Below, piece after piece: positions 10,172-20,948 of a DNA stretch of 64,000 bases. Each line of letters begins with the position of its first letter. Positions within the stretch are counted from its first letter, which is position 1. A program made the position numbers and the translations under genes. Source of the stretch: Alphaproteobacteria bacterium (GTDB taxonomy: Bacteria > Pseudomonadota > Alphaproteobacteria > SP197); NCBI GenBank assembly GCA_964291265.2, contig OZ219747.1, positions 2,208,001 through 2,272,000 of the forward strand. The letters are read 5' to 3'. The notes beneath the pieces were generated by a model that was not told where the DNA came from, ran no database searches, and saw only the letters and a program-made list of their open reading frames with translations.

Positions 10172-12705
10172 CGGCCTTTCTCAGAATTGAGGATCTCGTC
10201 GTCGAGGGGCGGCCGCCGTCAGGAGTCTGGGTGGAGACGGTGCATCGTTGCAGCGTGGAGGTGCATCCAGGCGAGGTCGTGGCACTGATCGGCGAATCGG
10301 GGGCCGGCAAGACGACGGTGGCGCTGGCGGCGCTGGGTTATGCGCGGCCGGGAACCCGATTCCGGAACGGCAGGGTCCTTCTCGAGGACCGCGATGTCCT
10401 CGCCATGTCGCTGGCCGAGAAGCGTGACCTGCGCGGCCGCGACATCGCCTACGTTGCACAGAGTGCGCAGGCCTCGCTCAACCCCTCCATTCCCGTGGGC
10501 GAACAGGTTGCCGAAAGTCTGCACCTGCATCGGATCGCCGCCGGTGCCGATGCTGCGCGGCGGATGATCGAGCTGCTCGATCTCCTCGACATTCCACATC
10601 CCGAGATGATTGCGCGGCGCTATCCGCACCAGACGTCGGGTGGTCAGCAGCAGCGCATCATGATGGCCATGGCACTGGCCTGCCGGCCCCGGCTGCTGGT
10701 GCTCGACGAACCGACGACGGCGCTCGACGTGACAACGCAGATCGAGGTGCTCAAGGCGATCAAGTCGGTCACTCGCGACCTCGGTACCGCATCGATCTAC
10801 GTCAGCCATGATCTTTCCGTCGTCGCCCAGGTGGCCGACAGGATACTGGTCATGAACCAGGGGCATGTCGTGGAACAGGGGGACACCTCCCGCATTCTCG
10901 ACGCTGCGAAGGAGGACTACACGCGAACCCTGCTGGGCGCGGTGAAGTCGCCGCCCTCGCCCGGGAGAGGGCTGGTCGACCGTTCCGTGACGCGCGACAG
11001 CGATCCGGCGATCTCCGTCACGCATACCTCGGCCAGCTATGTCCGGCAGGCGCTGTTCGGCAGCATCGAGCGTGAACAGTACGTGCTTCATGACATTGCG
11101 CTCGATGTCTGGCCTCGCGAAGTGCTGGCCGTGGTCGGCGAATCGGGGAGCGGCAAGTCAACCCTTGCCAGGGTCATGGCCGGTCTTCATCCACCCCTTC
11201 CCGGCGCCAGGATCACGCTTGACGGCGATCTCCTTGCCGGCCGGGCGAGGCGCAGGACACGCGATCAGCTTCGTCGCATTCAGATCATTTTCCAGAGCCC
11301 GGACCAGTCACTCAATCCGGAACGGCGCGTCGACGACGCCATCGGCAGGCCCCTCGAACTCTATTTCGGCATGTCGGGTTCCGAGAAGTACGACCGGATT
11401 GCCGATCTCCTCGAGATGGTCGGACTCGACCCCGATGACGCGGGACGCTTTCCCGCCGAGCTGTCGGGGGGTGAGCGCCAGCGTGTCTCCATTGCCAGGG
11501 CCTTTGCCGCCGAGCCTGACGTCATCCTGTGTGACGAAGTTCTCTCCGCCCTCGATACCGTGGTGGCCGCCCGTGTGCTCGAACTGATGAAGGAACTGCG
11601 GGAATCCCAGCAGGTGGCATACGTCTTCATCAGCCACGATCTCTCGACGGTCGCGTCGATCGCCGACCGGGTGGCGGTCATGTATGCCGGCAGGATCGTC
11701 GACGTCGGGTGCACCGACGATGTGTTCGCCCCGCCGCATCATCCCTACACGCAGCTTCTCATCAACTCCGTGCCGGTGCTGCGCCAGGGATGGCTCGAGG
11801 AGGTCATCACAAGCCGCGAGACGGAAGCGGGCATGCGGTGTGCCAGGCGAACTGGCGGAAGGTAGGGGGTGAAAGTCCCCTGGAACGAAGGAGTAACCAA
11901 ACCACGTTTCTCCGCGAGCCGTGCGTCGGTTCCCGCGAGGGGGCAGGCGAAGCGTCGGTAGCGGTACGGATGGGCAGGGCTAATGAGCACCGAAAAAGCT
12001 ATCATCCGGGGTGCCGAGGCTTTCGCATTGGTCGAAGGCAACATCGCAGGCATCGATTTGGTGAGATGTCGGCGAGCCCCGCGGTGTCAGAGAACCCATG
12101 CACGTCCGCACGCCTTCTGTTGGGACCCTGGGAGATCTTCAAACCGTCCCGCCGGTTGTGGCGGGACCGCATGGGGAAGGAGAAAACCGAAGCCTATGAT
12201 GTACGGTTTGAAGAAGTCGGATGAGGCCGTAGTACCTGTGAAGGCGGCGAACAAGGAAGCGTTAGCTTCTGCGGAGTCGCTGGAGGAAAGGGCCTCAACC
12301 AAGGGGAATCCGGGACGCTAAAGCACGCACCGAACGCAGTGTCGGGCAAGCGTGCCACAGGCGGCGGATCGGATACGGGAAGCCGCAGGCTAGTCCAGTG
12401 GTTTGCCGTCCAGTACCCGAGGTAGGAGCCGGATGGATTAACGTCCACGTCCGGATCTGCGCGGGGGGTGCGCAGCAATGCGCATCCCTACCGCGTCTTC
12501 CAATGTCATGCTTCACGACCGCCCGTGTCCCTTTCGCATGCGCTGCCCCCTTGTCATGTCCGGAACCTGCGACAGGGAGCCGGCACCGGCAAGGGAGATG
12601 GCAAACGGGCACATCGTCATGTGCCAGCACGACGAGGCAACCCTCCTCGCGGCGCAGGGCGGGGCCCCGGGGTCGAGGAGGGCAGTCATCTCTCGCGGCA
12701 GGTAG
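10168..12705 (+). CDS. ABC transporter ATP-binding protein (two ATPase domains), interrupted by a group II intron; exons 10168-11837 and 12498-12705
   Basis: Walker A GESGAGKT and GESGSGKS, HPYT; intron removal gives EAGMR|SNVMLHDRPCPFRMRCP...HIVMC, the Cys-rich C-terminal tail. Confidence 0.88.
11838..12497 (+). mobile_element. ORF-less group II intron (660 nt)
   Basis: 5' GTGTG; homologous to 23020-24938 with the RT ORF deleted; domain V/VI-like end gagccggatg...ccctaccgcgtc; removal restores host frame. Confidence 0.9.
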
Positions 12706-12790
12706 TCGGCGAGCAGTGAAGCGGCGCGATGACGGCTCGGAGACCAGCGCCCGGAACAGCGCATCGTGCCGCTTCGCCGGAAGGTTCCCG
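12663..12790 (-). pseudogene. Rpn/YhgA-like nuclease N-terminal fragment
   Basis: RHDALFRALVSEP, then frameshifted LLADYLPREMTALLDP. Confidence 0.5.
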
Positions 12791-12989
12791 CAGAAGACCC
12801 CCGACGTTCCGACGGACATCCCGCTCACGGGCCGGAAGAGGGGAGGTGGTCGACGTGGCGGCACCCTACGCCGGACAGCACCAGGCCGGCAATCGCGGCC
12901 CCGCTACCGGGGATGGGTTGTCGGGTCCAGCCCAGACGCAACGTTCTCGACCCACCACGGAGATATCGACGGCCTTGCCGGGCTGAGCG

Positions 12990-13309
12990 GAAGCGCACAA
13001 CCTGCACGAACGTTTCGTGAAACACGGGAATTCCGTCCTGCGCTTCATGGGAGACTCCGACGTCAGTGTCACCAACCATGCCGGAGCACGGAAGATCAGG
13101 ATGGTAAGGGTCAAGATCAAGGTGTCTGGATGTTTCCGCATCATGCGCCGCGCAAAAGCATGGCGCCGGGACTCAAGCTACCTCACCCCCATGGCGGCAC
13201 TCGGCTACAATCATCACGTCGCCATCCACATCGCTCTCGACGGAAAGGCCTCAGACATGATCACGTTGCATCACGACCCATCAGAACCCAACAAGGCGTG
13301 AGTAGATAC
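12990..13309 (+). pseudogene. IS66 transposase 3' remnant with degenerate right TIR
   Basis: KIRMVRVKIKVSGCFR, homologous to 39690-40007; ends gtgagtagatac versus gtgagtagttac. Confidence 0.85.
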
Positions 13310-13322
13310 CGGAGAACCACAT

Positions 13323-15221
13323 ATGCTGCGCTTCTGGACGACCTTCCTCATGCTTCTCTTCGCTCCGCTCGCGTCGGTCGGCGCCGAGGCGCCGAACCCG
13401 AAATGCGCCGGGATGAGTGAGGGCGCCGAATGCTGGATTGAACTCGCCGAGCGGCCCGGCTGCTATGTTTTCAATCACTACTACGAACCCTCCGAGACGG
13501 TGACCTGGTTCGGCGAATGCCAGGACGGTCTCGCCGTTGGGCCGGGAACCTTGGGGCGGGAGTCCGCCGGCAGTTCCAGCGAGGCCACGGGGACGTTGGT
13601 GCGGGGCAAGCGGCACGATCACTGGGTCTTTCGCTACGCTGACGGATCCGTCGAGGCAGGCCCTTTTGTCGACGGCAAGCGGCACGGCCATTGGGGCGCT
13701 CGCACAGCTGATGGATCCGTCCTTGAAGGCCCATGGGTCGAGGGCAAGCGGCATGGCCACTGGGTCGCTCGCACAGCTGATGGATCCGTCCTTGAGGGCC
13801 CGTATGTCGAGGACAAGCAGACCGGCCATTGGGTCTATCGCTTGGATGGCGGCTATGTCGGGCAAGGCCCATATGTGGACGGCAAGGAGCACGGCCACTG
13901 GGTCTTGCGCGGGCCTAACGGACACGTCAAGGAAGGCCCCTATGTCGAAGGCAAGCAGACCGGCCACTGGGTCATTCGCCACGCTGATGGCACCGTCGAG
14001 GAAGGCCCCTTTGTCGACGGCGAACGGCACGGCGAATGGATCGCTCGCGTGGCTGACGGCACTGTCGAGGTAGGCCCTTATGTCGAGGGCAAGCAGACCG
14101 GCCACTGGATCATTCGCCGGAATGACGGCATCGTCGATGAAGGACCTCTTGTCGACGGCAAGCGGCAAGGCCACTGGGTTTTTCGTGCGGCTGACGGACA
14201 CGTCGGGGAAGGCCCTTTTGTCGACGGCAAGAAGCACGGCCACTGGGTCTTTCGCTACGCTGGCGAATTCGTCGAGGAAGGCCCTTTTGTCAACGACAAG
14301 CGGCACGGCCGCTGGGTCCTTCGCGCGGCTGACGGGTCCGTCGGGGAAGGCCTTTATGTCGACGACAAGATGACCGGCCATTGGGTGATTCGCCACGCTG
14401 ACGGCATCGTTGAGGAAGGCTCCTATGTCGACGGCAAGAAGACCGGCCACTGGGTCATTCGCCTGAATGACAGCGCCGTCGTGCAAGGCCCTTATGTGGA
14501 CGGCAAGCAGACCGGTCACTGGGTCATTCGCCGGAATGACGGCGCCGTCGAGGAAGGCCTCCTTGTGGACGGTATGCGGCACGACCTCTGGATCTTGCGC
14601 TACGCTGACGGATCCGTCCATGAGGGCCCTTATGTCGACGGCAGGAAGACCGACCACTGGGTGATTCGCCACGCTGACGGCATCGTCGAAGAAGGTCCTT
14701 ATGTCGATGGCAAGCAGCACGGCAAATGGGTCATTCGCCACGCTGACGGATCCGTCGAGGAAGGTCCTTATGTGGACGGAGAGCGACACGACCACTGGGT
14801 CGTTCGCTGGCCTGACGGATCCCTCCATGAAGGCCCATATGTGAACGGTAAGAAGACAGGCCACTGGGTCATTCGCTGGCCTGACGGAGACATCGGGGAA
14901 GGCCCTTATGTCGACGGCAAGCGGCACGGTCACTGGGTCTTTCGCTACACTGACGGGTCCGTCCATGAAGGCCCTTATGTGGATGGAGAGCGACACGACC
15001 ACTGGGTCGTTCGCGCGGTTGACGGATCCGTCCATGAAGGCCCTTATGTCGACGGGAAAAAGACTGGCTACTGGGTCGTTCGTGCGGCTGACGGATCCAT
15101 CGACCAAGGCCCCTATGTCGACGGCGAGCGGCACGGCCAATGGATCATTCGCTACGCTGACGGCACTACGGTCCACGATCGTTATGTTGAGGGCTTGCTT
15201 GTGGATGAGCCTTTGGATTGA
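13323..15221 (+). CDS. Secreted MORN-like repeat protein
   Basis: Signal peptide, Cys-containing N-domain, 23 tandem 23-aa repeats (consensus GHWVIRxADGSVEEGPYVDGKxH). Confidence 0.85.
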   Translation: MLRFWTTFLMLLFAPLASVGAEAPNPKCAGMSEGAECWIELAERPGCYVFNHYYEPSETVTWFGECQDGLAVGPGTLGRESAGSSSEATGTLVRGKRHDHWVFRYADGSVEAGPFVDGKRHGHWGARTADGSVLEGPWVEGKRHGHWVARTADGSVLEGPYVEDKQTGHWVYRLDGGYVGQGPYVDGKEHGHWVLRGPNGHVKEGPYVEGKQTGHWVIRHADGTVEEGPFVDGERHGEWIARVADGTVEVGPYVEGKQTGHWIIRRNDGIVDEGPLVDGKRQGHWVFRAADGHVGEGPFVDGKKHGHWVFRYAGEFVEEGPFVNDKRHGRWVLRAADGSVGEGLYVDDKMTGHWVIRHADGIVEEGSYVDGKKTGHWVIRLNDSAVVQGPYVDGKQTGHWVIRRNDGAVEEGLLVDGMRHDLWILRYADGSVHEGPYVDGRKTDHWVIRHADGIVEEGPYVDGKQHGKWVIRHADGSVEEGPYVDGERHDHWVVRWPDGSLHEGPYVNGKKTGHWVIRWPDGDIGEGPYVDGKRHGHWVFRYTDGSVHEGPYVDGERHDHWVVRAVDGSVHEGPYVDGKKTGYWVVRAADGSIDQGPYVDGERHGQWIIRYADGTTVHDRYVEGLLVDEPLD

Positions 15222-15499
15222 TGATGCCTTGATCACGTAATCTGGTAGATAATCTCTCGCGTCATGCGCTTGCGGCACGATCTTTGGAGGCTGGTTTGAA
15301 CGAAGGCCGGGGCGCGTGCCTGGAGGCGTTCTGTGAAGCGCTCTCCGGTATTCGCTGTCGAGGCGTTCAGCGGCTCGGCCTCCGGCGAAATCGGCGGCGA
15401 AGGCGACGAGGGTGCGCTTTGGCGCCCAGGCTTCGGCCCATTTCGCAAGGCACCGGGTAACGCCGGCGGTTGGCAGGATCGCGGTTCCGGGACGGCGAC

Positions 15500-15945
15500 A
15501 TTCCTCGATGCCCCAGGAAGAGACGGTGTCGATTGCGCGTCAGTCCTCGGGCCGGTCCATCGACAGCCAGAGACTTCCGTCGGCGCGTCAGCACCTAGTG
15601 TTCAAGAAGACCGTCGAGGCGAAGCCTGTTGTCAGGGCTGTGGAAGCTGCGGTCGAGCTGCACCAGCGCAGGTCGGGAAAGCGCGCCTGGGTCTTCTCGA
15701 TCATTGGCTGAGCAGAGTCCATGTCGCTGTCTTGCCACATGATCTCGGGGTGCAGGATGAACCCGTGGTGGTCCTCAAGCACGCATACCGGCACCCCGAA
15801 TTCCACCGGCGTTCCCGCCTTGCCCTTCGAGTTCCACCGTGTGCAACTCTCGAAGATCGAGAACATCTTCTCGTCACGCGGGATCGTCTCGCTCTGGAGA
15901 AGGCGGCGCGCCACCCGGTCGATCTGACGCCTCGCATGGCCCAGA
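15500..15945 (-). pseudogene. ISNCY/IS5-like transposase fragment
   Basis: ETIPRDEKMFSIFE...KGKAGTPVEFGVPVCVLED...QARFPDLR; frameshifted. Confidence 0.7.
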
Positions 15946-16996
15946 CAGAACTCAGGCGGTCACCAACGTACAGGACGGCGCACCACACAAGGCCAGGTCC
16001 CGAAGCGTAGCCTGCGCACGCTCCACAAGGTCCACAAGACCACGGCAGGTCATGTCGGCGGCGATTTAGAACGGCGGGATATTGGCGGAGAACCGCTCTT
16101 TTGGGCGCTGATCGTGTGAGTGGGTGACCACGACAGGAGAACGTGCGGCATTGGACGAAGGTCCGCCCGGTCTTTGTTTTCTGCCTATTGTTGGATCCCA
16201 TTGGTCTTGCATTGACGTTGACGATGTCGTTCCGGTCGGCGTTTTCTGGCGTTCGGCGTTTGTGGAACGTGATGTGGGAGGGGAGCTTCAGGCTTTTGCG
16301 CGTGGTTTCGTTCTGGCGTTCTCCGTCCTCGTCGTGGTTCGTCGGGCGGGACGATCTCGAGGCTGGAGAGCTGACGGTTTCTGTTGCGCTGGGCGAAGAG
16401 GCTGCGTGCGTTGCGGTTGCGGCGGCGCAGGGTGCGGCAGGCGTCGAGTGTTTTCGGGCGGATGCTGCGACCTGTGAGCCAGTCCGGCGGCGGATCGGGC
16501 GTTGCTGCGGCTCAGCGGCTGCGGCAGTCTCGTGATGTGGTGTCGTTTGGACGGCCCGGGGGTTTCCCGGGGAGGCTGAGAGGCGCGTCGGGGTGAGACG
16601 TTCTCATTCCTGGATGGTAACGCGTGACCGCGTTCAAGGGTCTTGCGAGATTACGTGTCCCTTCCGTAGCCGCGTGGCGGTTCGATGTCCTCGAGAGCCT
16701 CGATGTCGGCATCGGCGACGCTCTGCAGGCGTTCTCCGTAAGGCGTGTCACGGAGGGTTTCGGGGATGCTGTCGAGGCGGTCACGCCATTCGTCCTGCAG
16801 GGTGCGGCAGGCGTCGAGTGTTTTCGGGCGGATGCTGCGACCTGTAAGCCAGTCCGGCCAGCGGCTGCGGCAGTCTCGTGATGCGGTGTCGTTTGGACGG
16901 CCCGGGGGTTTCCCGGGGAGGCTGAGAAGCGCGTCGGGGTGAGACGTTCTCATTCCTGGATGGTAACGCGTGACCGCGTTCAAGGGTCTTGCGGGA

Positions 16997-17317
16997 TCAC
17001 GTATCCCTTCCGTAGCCGCGTGGCGGTTCGATGTCCTCGAGGGCCTCGATGTCGGCATCGGCGACGCTCTGCAGGCGTTCTCCGTAAGGCGTGTCACGGA
17101 GGCTTTCGGGGATGCTGTCGAGGCGGTCACGCCATTCGTCCTGCAGGGCGCGCAGTTCGGCCACGGCGTCGTTCCAGCGTTGCGGTCGCGAGCGCCGGTC
17201 ACGGTGCTTTGGGGTGTGGACGGGAGGGATGCCGGCCTTGCGCCGTTCCCGGTATCGCCGCTGCTTTTCGGCGGGCGTGAGGGGCATGAGTGGTCTCCTT
17301 GTGACGGACGTGGTCAT
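16997..17317 (-). CDS. Small hypothetical protein of the IS21 element
   Basis: LTPAEKQRRYRER...PPRGYGRDT; ATGA overlap with the primase-like gene. Confidence 0.7.
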   Translation of the reverse strand: MTTSVTRRPLMPLTPAEKQRRYRERRKAGIPPVHTPKHRDRRSRPQRWNDAVAELRALQDEWRDRLDSIPESLRDTPYGERLQSVADADIEALEDIEPPRGYGRDT

Positions 17318-18207
17318 GATCTCGCTTGTGGTTCTTTGGTCCTGGCGTTGACGACGTCGTTCCAGTCGGCGTTTTCCGGCGGTCTGCGTCTGTGGAACGA
17401 GACGTGGGAGGGGAGCTTCATCTTTTTGCGCAGGGTTTCGGCCTGTCGCTCTCCGGCCTCGTCGTGGTCCTGGGCGAGGACGATGGTCCTGACGTTGGGC
17501 AGGCTGCTTGCGGCGAGGCTGATCTGTTCGTGCTGTCTTCGCGAGGGTGCCCCGGCGGTGGAGAGGAAGGCGTGGCTGGGGGGACATTGGTCGATCTGGG
17601 CCAGGCTGAGGGCGTCGACGGCGCTTTCGGTGATGACGAGGGCCTCGAGGTCCGCGGCGGTTCCGGCGCGGACGGCGAACAGGCTTCGGGTTCCACCGGT
17701 GGCGAAGCGTTTCGGTCCGTCGGGGGGACCGATCTCGAAGCCGGTGAGCTTTCGCTTCCTGTTGCGATGGGCGAAGAGGACGCGTCCGTTGTGGTCGCGG
17801 CGGACCAGGGGGCGGCAGGTGTCGAGGGTCTCCGGGAGGATGCCGCGCCCGGTGAGCCAGTCCGGGGCCGCATCGGGCGTTGCCGCGGCCCAGAGGCTGC
17901 GGAAGTCGCGTGGCGCGGCGTCGGGTGCTGCGAAGCGGGTGCAGATGTCGGCGAAGGCCAGTCCGCGGTTGAGCATGAAGTCGATGACGGTTCCGTTGTC
18001 TTCATCGTTCTGGGTGTTGAAGTAGACCCAGTGTCCGTTGTTGAGGCACTTCGTGACGAGCTTCGGCAGGCCGGGTGCGCACAGGACGGGGTTGGCGCGT
18101 GTCGAGGCCTGTTCGTCGCGGACGTATCCCCAGTCGGCGGCGATGCGTTCGAACGGCATGCGCTTGACGGCGTCGAAGTCGACGCGGCGGGGTTTATCGG
18201 GTTTCAC
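17314..18207 (-). CDS. Toprim-domain primase-like protein (DUF3991/Toprim_2-like)
   Basis: GHWVYF...GTVIDF, ITESAVDALS, IVLAQDHDEAG (DxD), DWND. Confidence 0.8.
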   Translation of the reverse strand: MKPDKPRRVDFDAVKRMPFERIAADWGYVRDEQASTRANPVLCAPGLPKLVTKCLNNGHWVYFNTQNDEDNGTVIDFMLNRGLAFADICTRFAAPDAAPRDFRSLWAAATPDAAPDWLTGRGILPETLDTCRPLVRRDHNGRVLFAHRNRKRKLTGFEIGPPDGPKRFATGGTRSLFAVRAGTAADLEALVITESAVDALSLAQIDQCPPSHAFLSTAGAPSRRQHEQISLAASSLPNVRTIVLAQDHDEAGERQAETLRKKMKLPSHVSFHRRRPPENADWNDVVNARTKEPQARS

Positions 18208-18895
18208 GCCTGAGCCGCCAGGAGTCGCTGTCGATGGAGATGAGGGTTGCGTCGTGCATGAGCCGGTCGACGGTGCCGGCGATGCCGGAGGCGCTGGGGA
18301 AGACGCGGTCCCACTGGGCGAAGGCGAGGCTTGTTGTGACCATGGTCGAGCGGCGCTGATAGCGCCGCGAGACGATGGCGTAGAGGATGTCGGCATGGTG
18401 GCTTTCGAGGGTCACGTAGCCGATTTCGTCGAGGACGAGCAGGCGGGGCCTGGCGAGGATCGCGAGGCGGCGGCGCAGCTCGCTGCGCGAGACGGTCTCG
18501 GCGAGTGCCTCGAGCAGTTCCGGCGCCTTCTCGAAGCGGACGGTGTGGCCGTGCAGCAGGGCCTGGTGCGCCACGTTGGCGGCGATCATGGTCTTTCCGG
18601 TGCCCTGCCCGCCGACGAGCACGGCGTTGTCCGCACGGTCGACGAAGCCGAGGCCGAGGAGCGCTTCGACATGAGCCCGGCTGATGTCGCGCGGCCATGT
18701 CCAGTCGAAGTCCGCCAGGGGCTTGAAGGCGGGCAGCCGCGCCGCGGCGCGGCGGCGCTCGTGGCTGCGGGCCCTGCGGGCCTGTTCCTCGCCGCTGACC
18801 ACCTCCTCGATCCATGCGGTCCCGGCGACCTCGTCCCAGCGTTCGACGAGCCCGTGGAGGCCGAGCGCCCGGGCACGCTCCCTGAGCTCGCTCAT
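18194..18895 (-). CDS. istB: IS21 helper ATPase IstB
   Basis: DFDW, Walker A GGQGTGKT, Walker B LLVLDEIGY, VDRLMH. Confidence 0.92.
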   Translation of the reverse strand: MSELRERARALGLHGLVERWDEVAGTAWIEEVVSGEEQARRARSHERRRAAARLPAFKPLADFDWTWPRDISRAHVEALLGLGFVDRADNAVLVGGQGTGKTMIAANVAHQALLHGHTVRFEKAPELLEALAETVSRSELRRRLAILARPRLLVLDEIGYVTLESHHADILYAIVSRRYQRRSTMVTTSLAFAQWDRVFPSASGIAGTVDRLMHDATLISIDSDSWRLRRETR

Positions 18896-20385
18896 GTCTT
18901 GTTCCTGGCGCTGGCTTCGGGCCTGTCGTAGGCGTCGAGAGCGGTCCCCCGCGGCGTCGTGCCACGGCCGCCGCGGCCGTCGTCGGCGATGCTGAGGGGC
19001 GGCAGGCCCTGCTCCCGGCGGCGCTCCTCGATGATGACGCGCACGGTTTCGGGGTGGCACGAGCCGCGCTCCAGCGCCGTGGCGACAGCCCGGTCGAGAG
19101 CGTCGGCGCCGTGCGCGTTGAGAAGCGTCTCCAGCATCCGGGCGCAGGAGGCCACGTTGCGCCCGTTGGTCCCGGCGCGCGCCAGCATCTCCTCGGCCCG
19201 CGGCACGGTGCGCAGGACCCGGTCGCGGACGCTCATGGAGCGGGCCCGCCGCTTGCCCGCGGCGATCGCCCTGGCATGCTCCGGATCGGTGACGGCCTGC
19301 TTCCTGTCGTAGGAGCGTCGGTGGCGCGCGACCTCGTCGGCGCCGTCGAGGATGCGAACCTCGTCGCGGTCGGCGACCAGCGTCAGCAGGGCCTTGGAGA
19401 AGCTACCCGGAACGCTGTAGTCGTTGGTGTCGAAGCGGGCGTGGCAGGTCTTGTCGATGCGCACCGGGCGGACCTCGTGATGCGGGAAGGGGTCGACGGG
19501 AAGGACGATCAGGTGCTCCCTCTCCCGGGCGAAGGCGTCCCGCACCAGGAGACTGTCGTCGTCCGGCCAGGGCCGCTCCGCGGCGGCGCCGAAGCACCAC
19601 TCCCGAACTGCGGCGTTGAGCTCGCCGAGCGGGACCGTGATGTCGCGCCCGGCGAAGAACCCGGTGCGCGCGAAGCGCACACGGCGTTCCACGCGGCCCT
19701 TCTCCTGCGGGCTCCTGGGCCAGGCGGCGCTCGGTTCGAAGGCATAGTGGGCCGCGAGGCCGAGCAGCATCGGATGATAGGTGACCGCCTTGCCGCGGCG
19801 CGTCACCACGGCACTCTTCAGGTTGTCGTACAGAAGCCTCCGCGGCACACCCCCGAATGCCGCGAAAGCCTCGACATGGCCTTGCAGGAAGCTGGCCATC
19901 CGCGCGTCGTGGAACAGGCTCAGGACAGTCTGGCGCGAGTAGCTGAGGGTGACGAGAAGCCCCATGAGCCTGCGCTCCGCCCGGCCGATGCGGACCTTCC
20001 CGAACTCGGCCCAGTCAACCTGCGCCTGCTCGCCCGGAAGGAAGCTCAGCCGCAGCGACGGCTCGGGCCTCTTCACCGGCCTCAGCCCGAGGCGGCGCAG
20101 GTCGTGACGGAAGTGATCCTCGCCGCCGCGGTAGCCCAGAGCCACGACCTGTCGCCAGAGCGTGCTGGCCGGAAGGTCCGGCGACGCCTCAAGACGCTCC
20201 CCGAGGAAGGCAACGAAGGGGTCGATGAGCTTGGCCCGCGGCCGCCGCTCCTGCCCCGACGCCTTGAGCGCCCGCGTCACCGTGCCGTGGTGCACGCCGA
20301 GATGCCGGGCAATCGTCCCCACAGCCCAGCCCTCGGCCCGCGACAGCCGCACGATCGTCGCCCGCGTGTCCTCGTCGATCGCCAT
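18892..20385 (-). CDS. istA: IS21 transposase IstA
   Basis: N-terminal HTH, PGEQAQVDW, LSYSR, YDNLKS, KGRVE, YSVP. Confidence 0.93.
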   Translation of the reverse strand: MAIDEDTRATIVRLSRAEGWAVGTIARHLGVHHGTVTRALKASGQERRPRAKLIDPFVAFLGERLEASPDLPASTLWRQVVALGYRGGEDHFRHDLRRLGLRPVKRPEPSLRLSFLPGEQAQVDWAEFGKVRIGRAERRLMGLLVTLSYSRQTVLSLFHDARMASFLQGHVEAFAAFGGVPRRLLYDNLKSAVVTRRGKAVTYHPMLLGLAAHYAFEPSAAWPRSPQEKGRVERRVRFARTGFFAGRDITVPLGELNAAVREWCFGAAAERPWPDDDSLLVRDAFAREREHLIVLPVDPFPHHEVRPVRIDKTCHARFDTNDYSVPGSFSKALLTLVADRDEVRILDGADEVARHRRSYDRKQAVTDPEHARAIAAGKRRARSMSVRDRVLRTVPRAEEMLARAGTNGRNVASCARMLETLLNAHGADALDRAVATALERGSCHPETVRVIIEERRREQGLPPLSIADDGRGGRGTTPRGTALDAYDRPEASARNKT

Positions 20386-20417
20386 GAACTCCCTCCCTTT
20401 GGTTCCTCAACGCCGCA

Positions 20418-20948
20418 TCACGGGTCCCTCAGCACCACATGCGTCACGACCCGTCCGCATCTGGCGCACCGAAGCGGCGATTCGCGCCGCTCTCGCGCCT
20501 TCACAACCGCAGGTAGGGAGGTCGGCAGCAGTCGGGAAGGGTGGTCCGTAACGATTTCTTCAGAACCGGCGTCTCCAGACACCGCCGGAACGTCGCCAAG
20601 CAGCACCACAGCAGACGTCTGCGTGTCCATGATCTCGGCAACCATCGCCGCCCTGGCCTTCAACGCACGCGCCTCCTCCGCCTTGCGGAGCCGGTAACGC
20701 CGCTGGCGGTGACGGCCCGTCTCACGGCCCTTCAGCGTGCTCTGGTAGCGACGACGCGACGCGCGGCGCCGCTCGATCCGGGACCGCTCCCTGCACTCCT
20801 TGGAGCAATACACATGCCCCCGGTCACACGACCGGCAGAGAACAACCTGCCGCTGACACCGCCTGCAGTTGAACAGTCGTCCTGTCGTGCACACCGTCCG
20901 TCTCGAGAGCGGGGGTGGACCCGGACGCAAAATGGCTCGACAATACAC
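20418..20948 (-). CDS. Cys-rich putative Zn-finger protein upstream of istA
   Basis: CRRC, CRSC, YCSKEC, basic stretch, C-terminal CARC; start uncertain. Confidence 0.65.
   Translation of the reverse strand: MYCRAILRPGPPPLSRRTVCTTGRLFNCRRCQRQVVLCRSCDRGHVYCSKECRERSRIERRRASRRRYQSTLKGRETGRHRQRRYRLRKAEEARALKARAAMVAEIMDTQTSAVVLLGDVPAVSGDAGSEEIVTDHPSRLLPTSLPAVVKARERRESPLRCARCGRVVTHVVLRDP

Noticed and set aside
13281-15278. 665-aa minus-strand ORF
   Set aside because: Antisense shadow of the 69-bp-repeat gene; the + strand has the signal peptide and a sensible repeat
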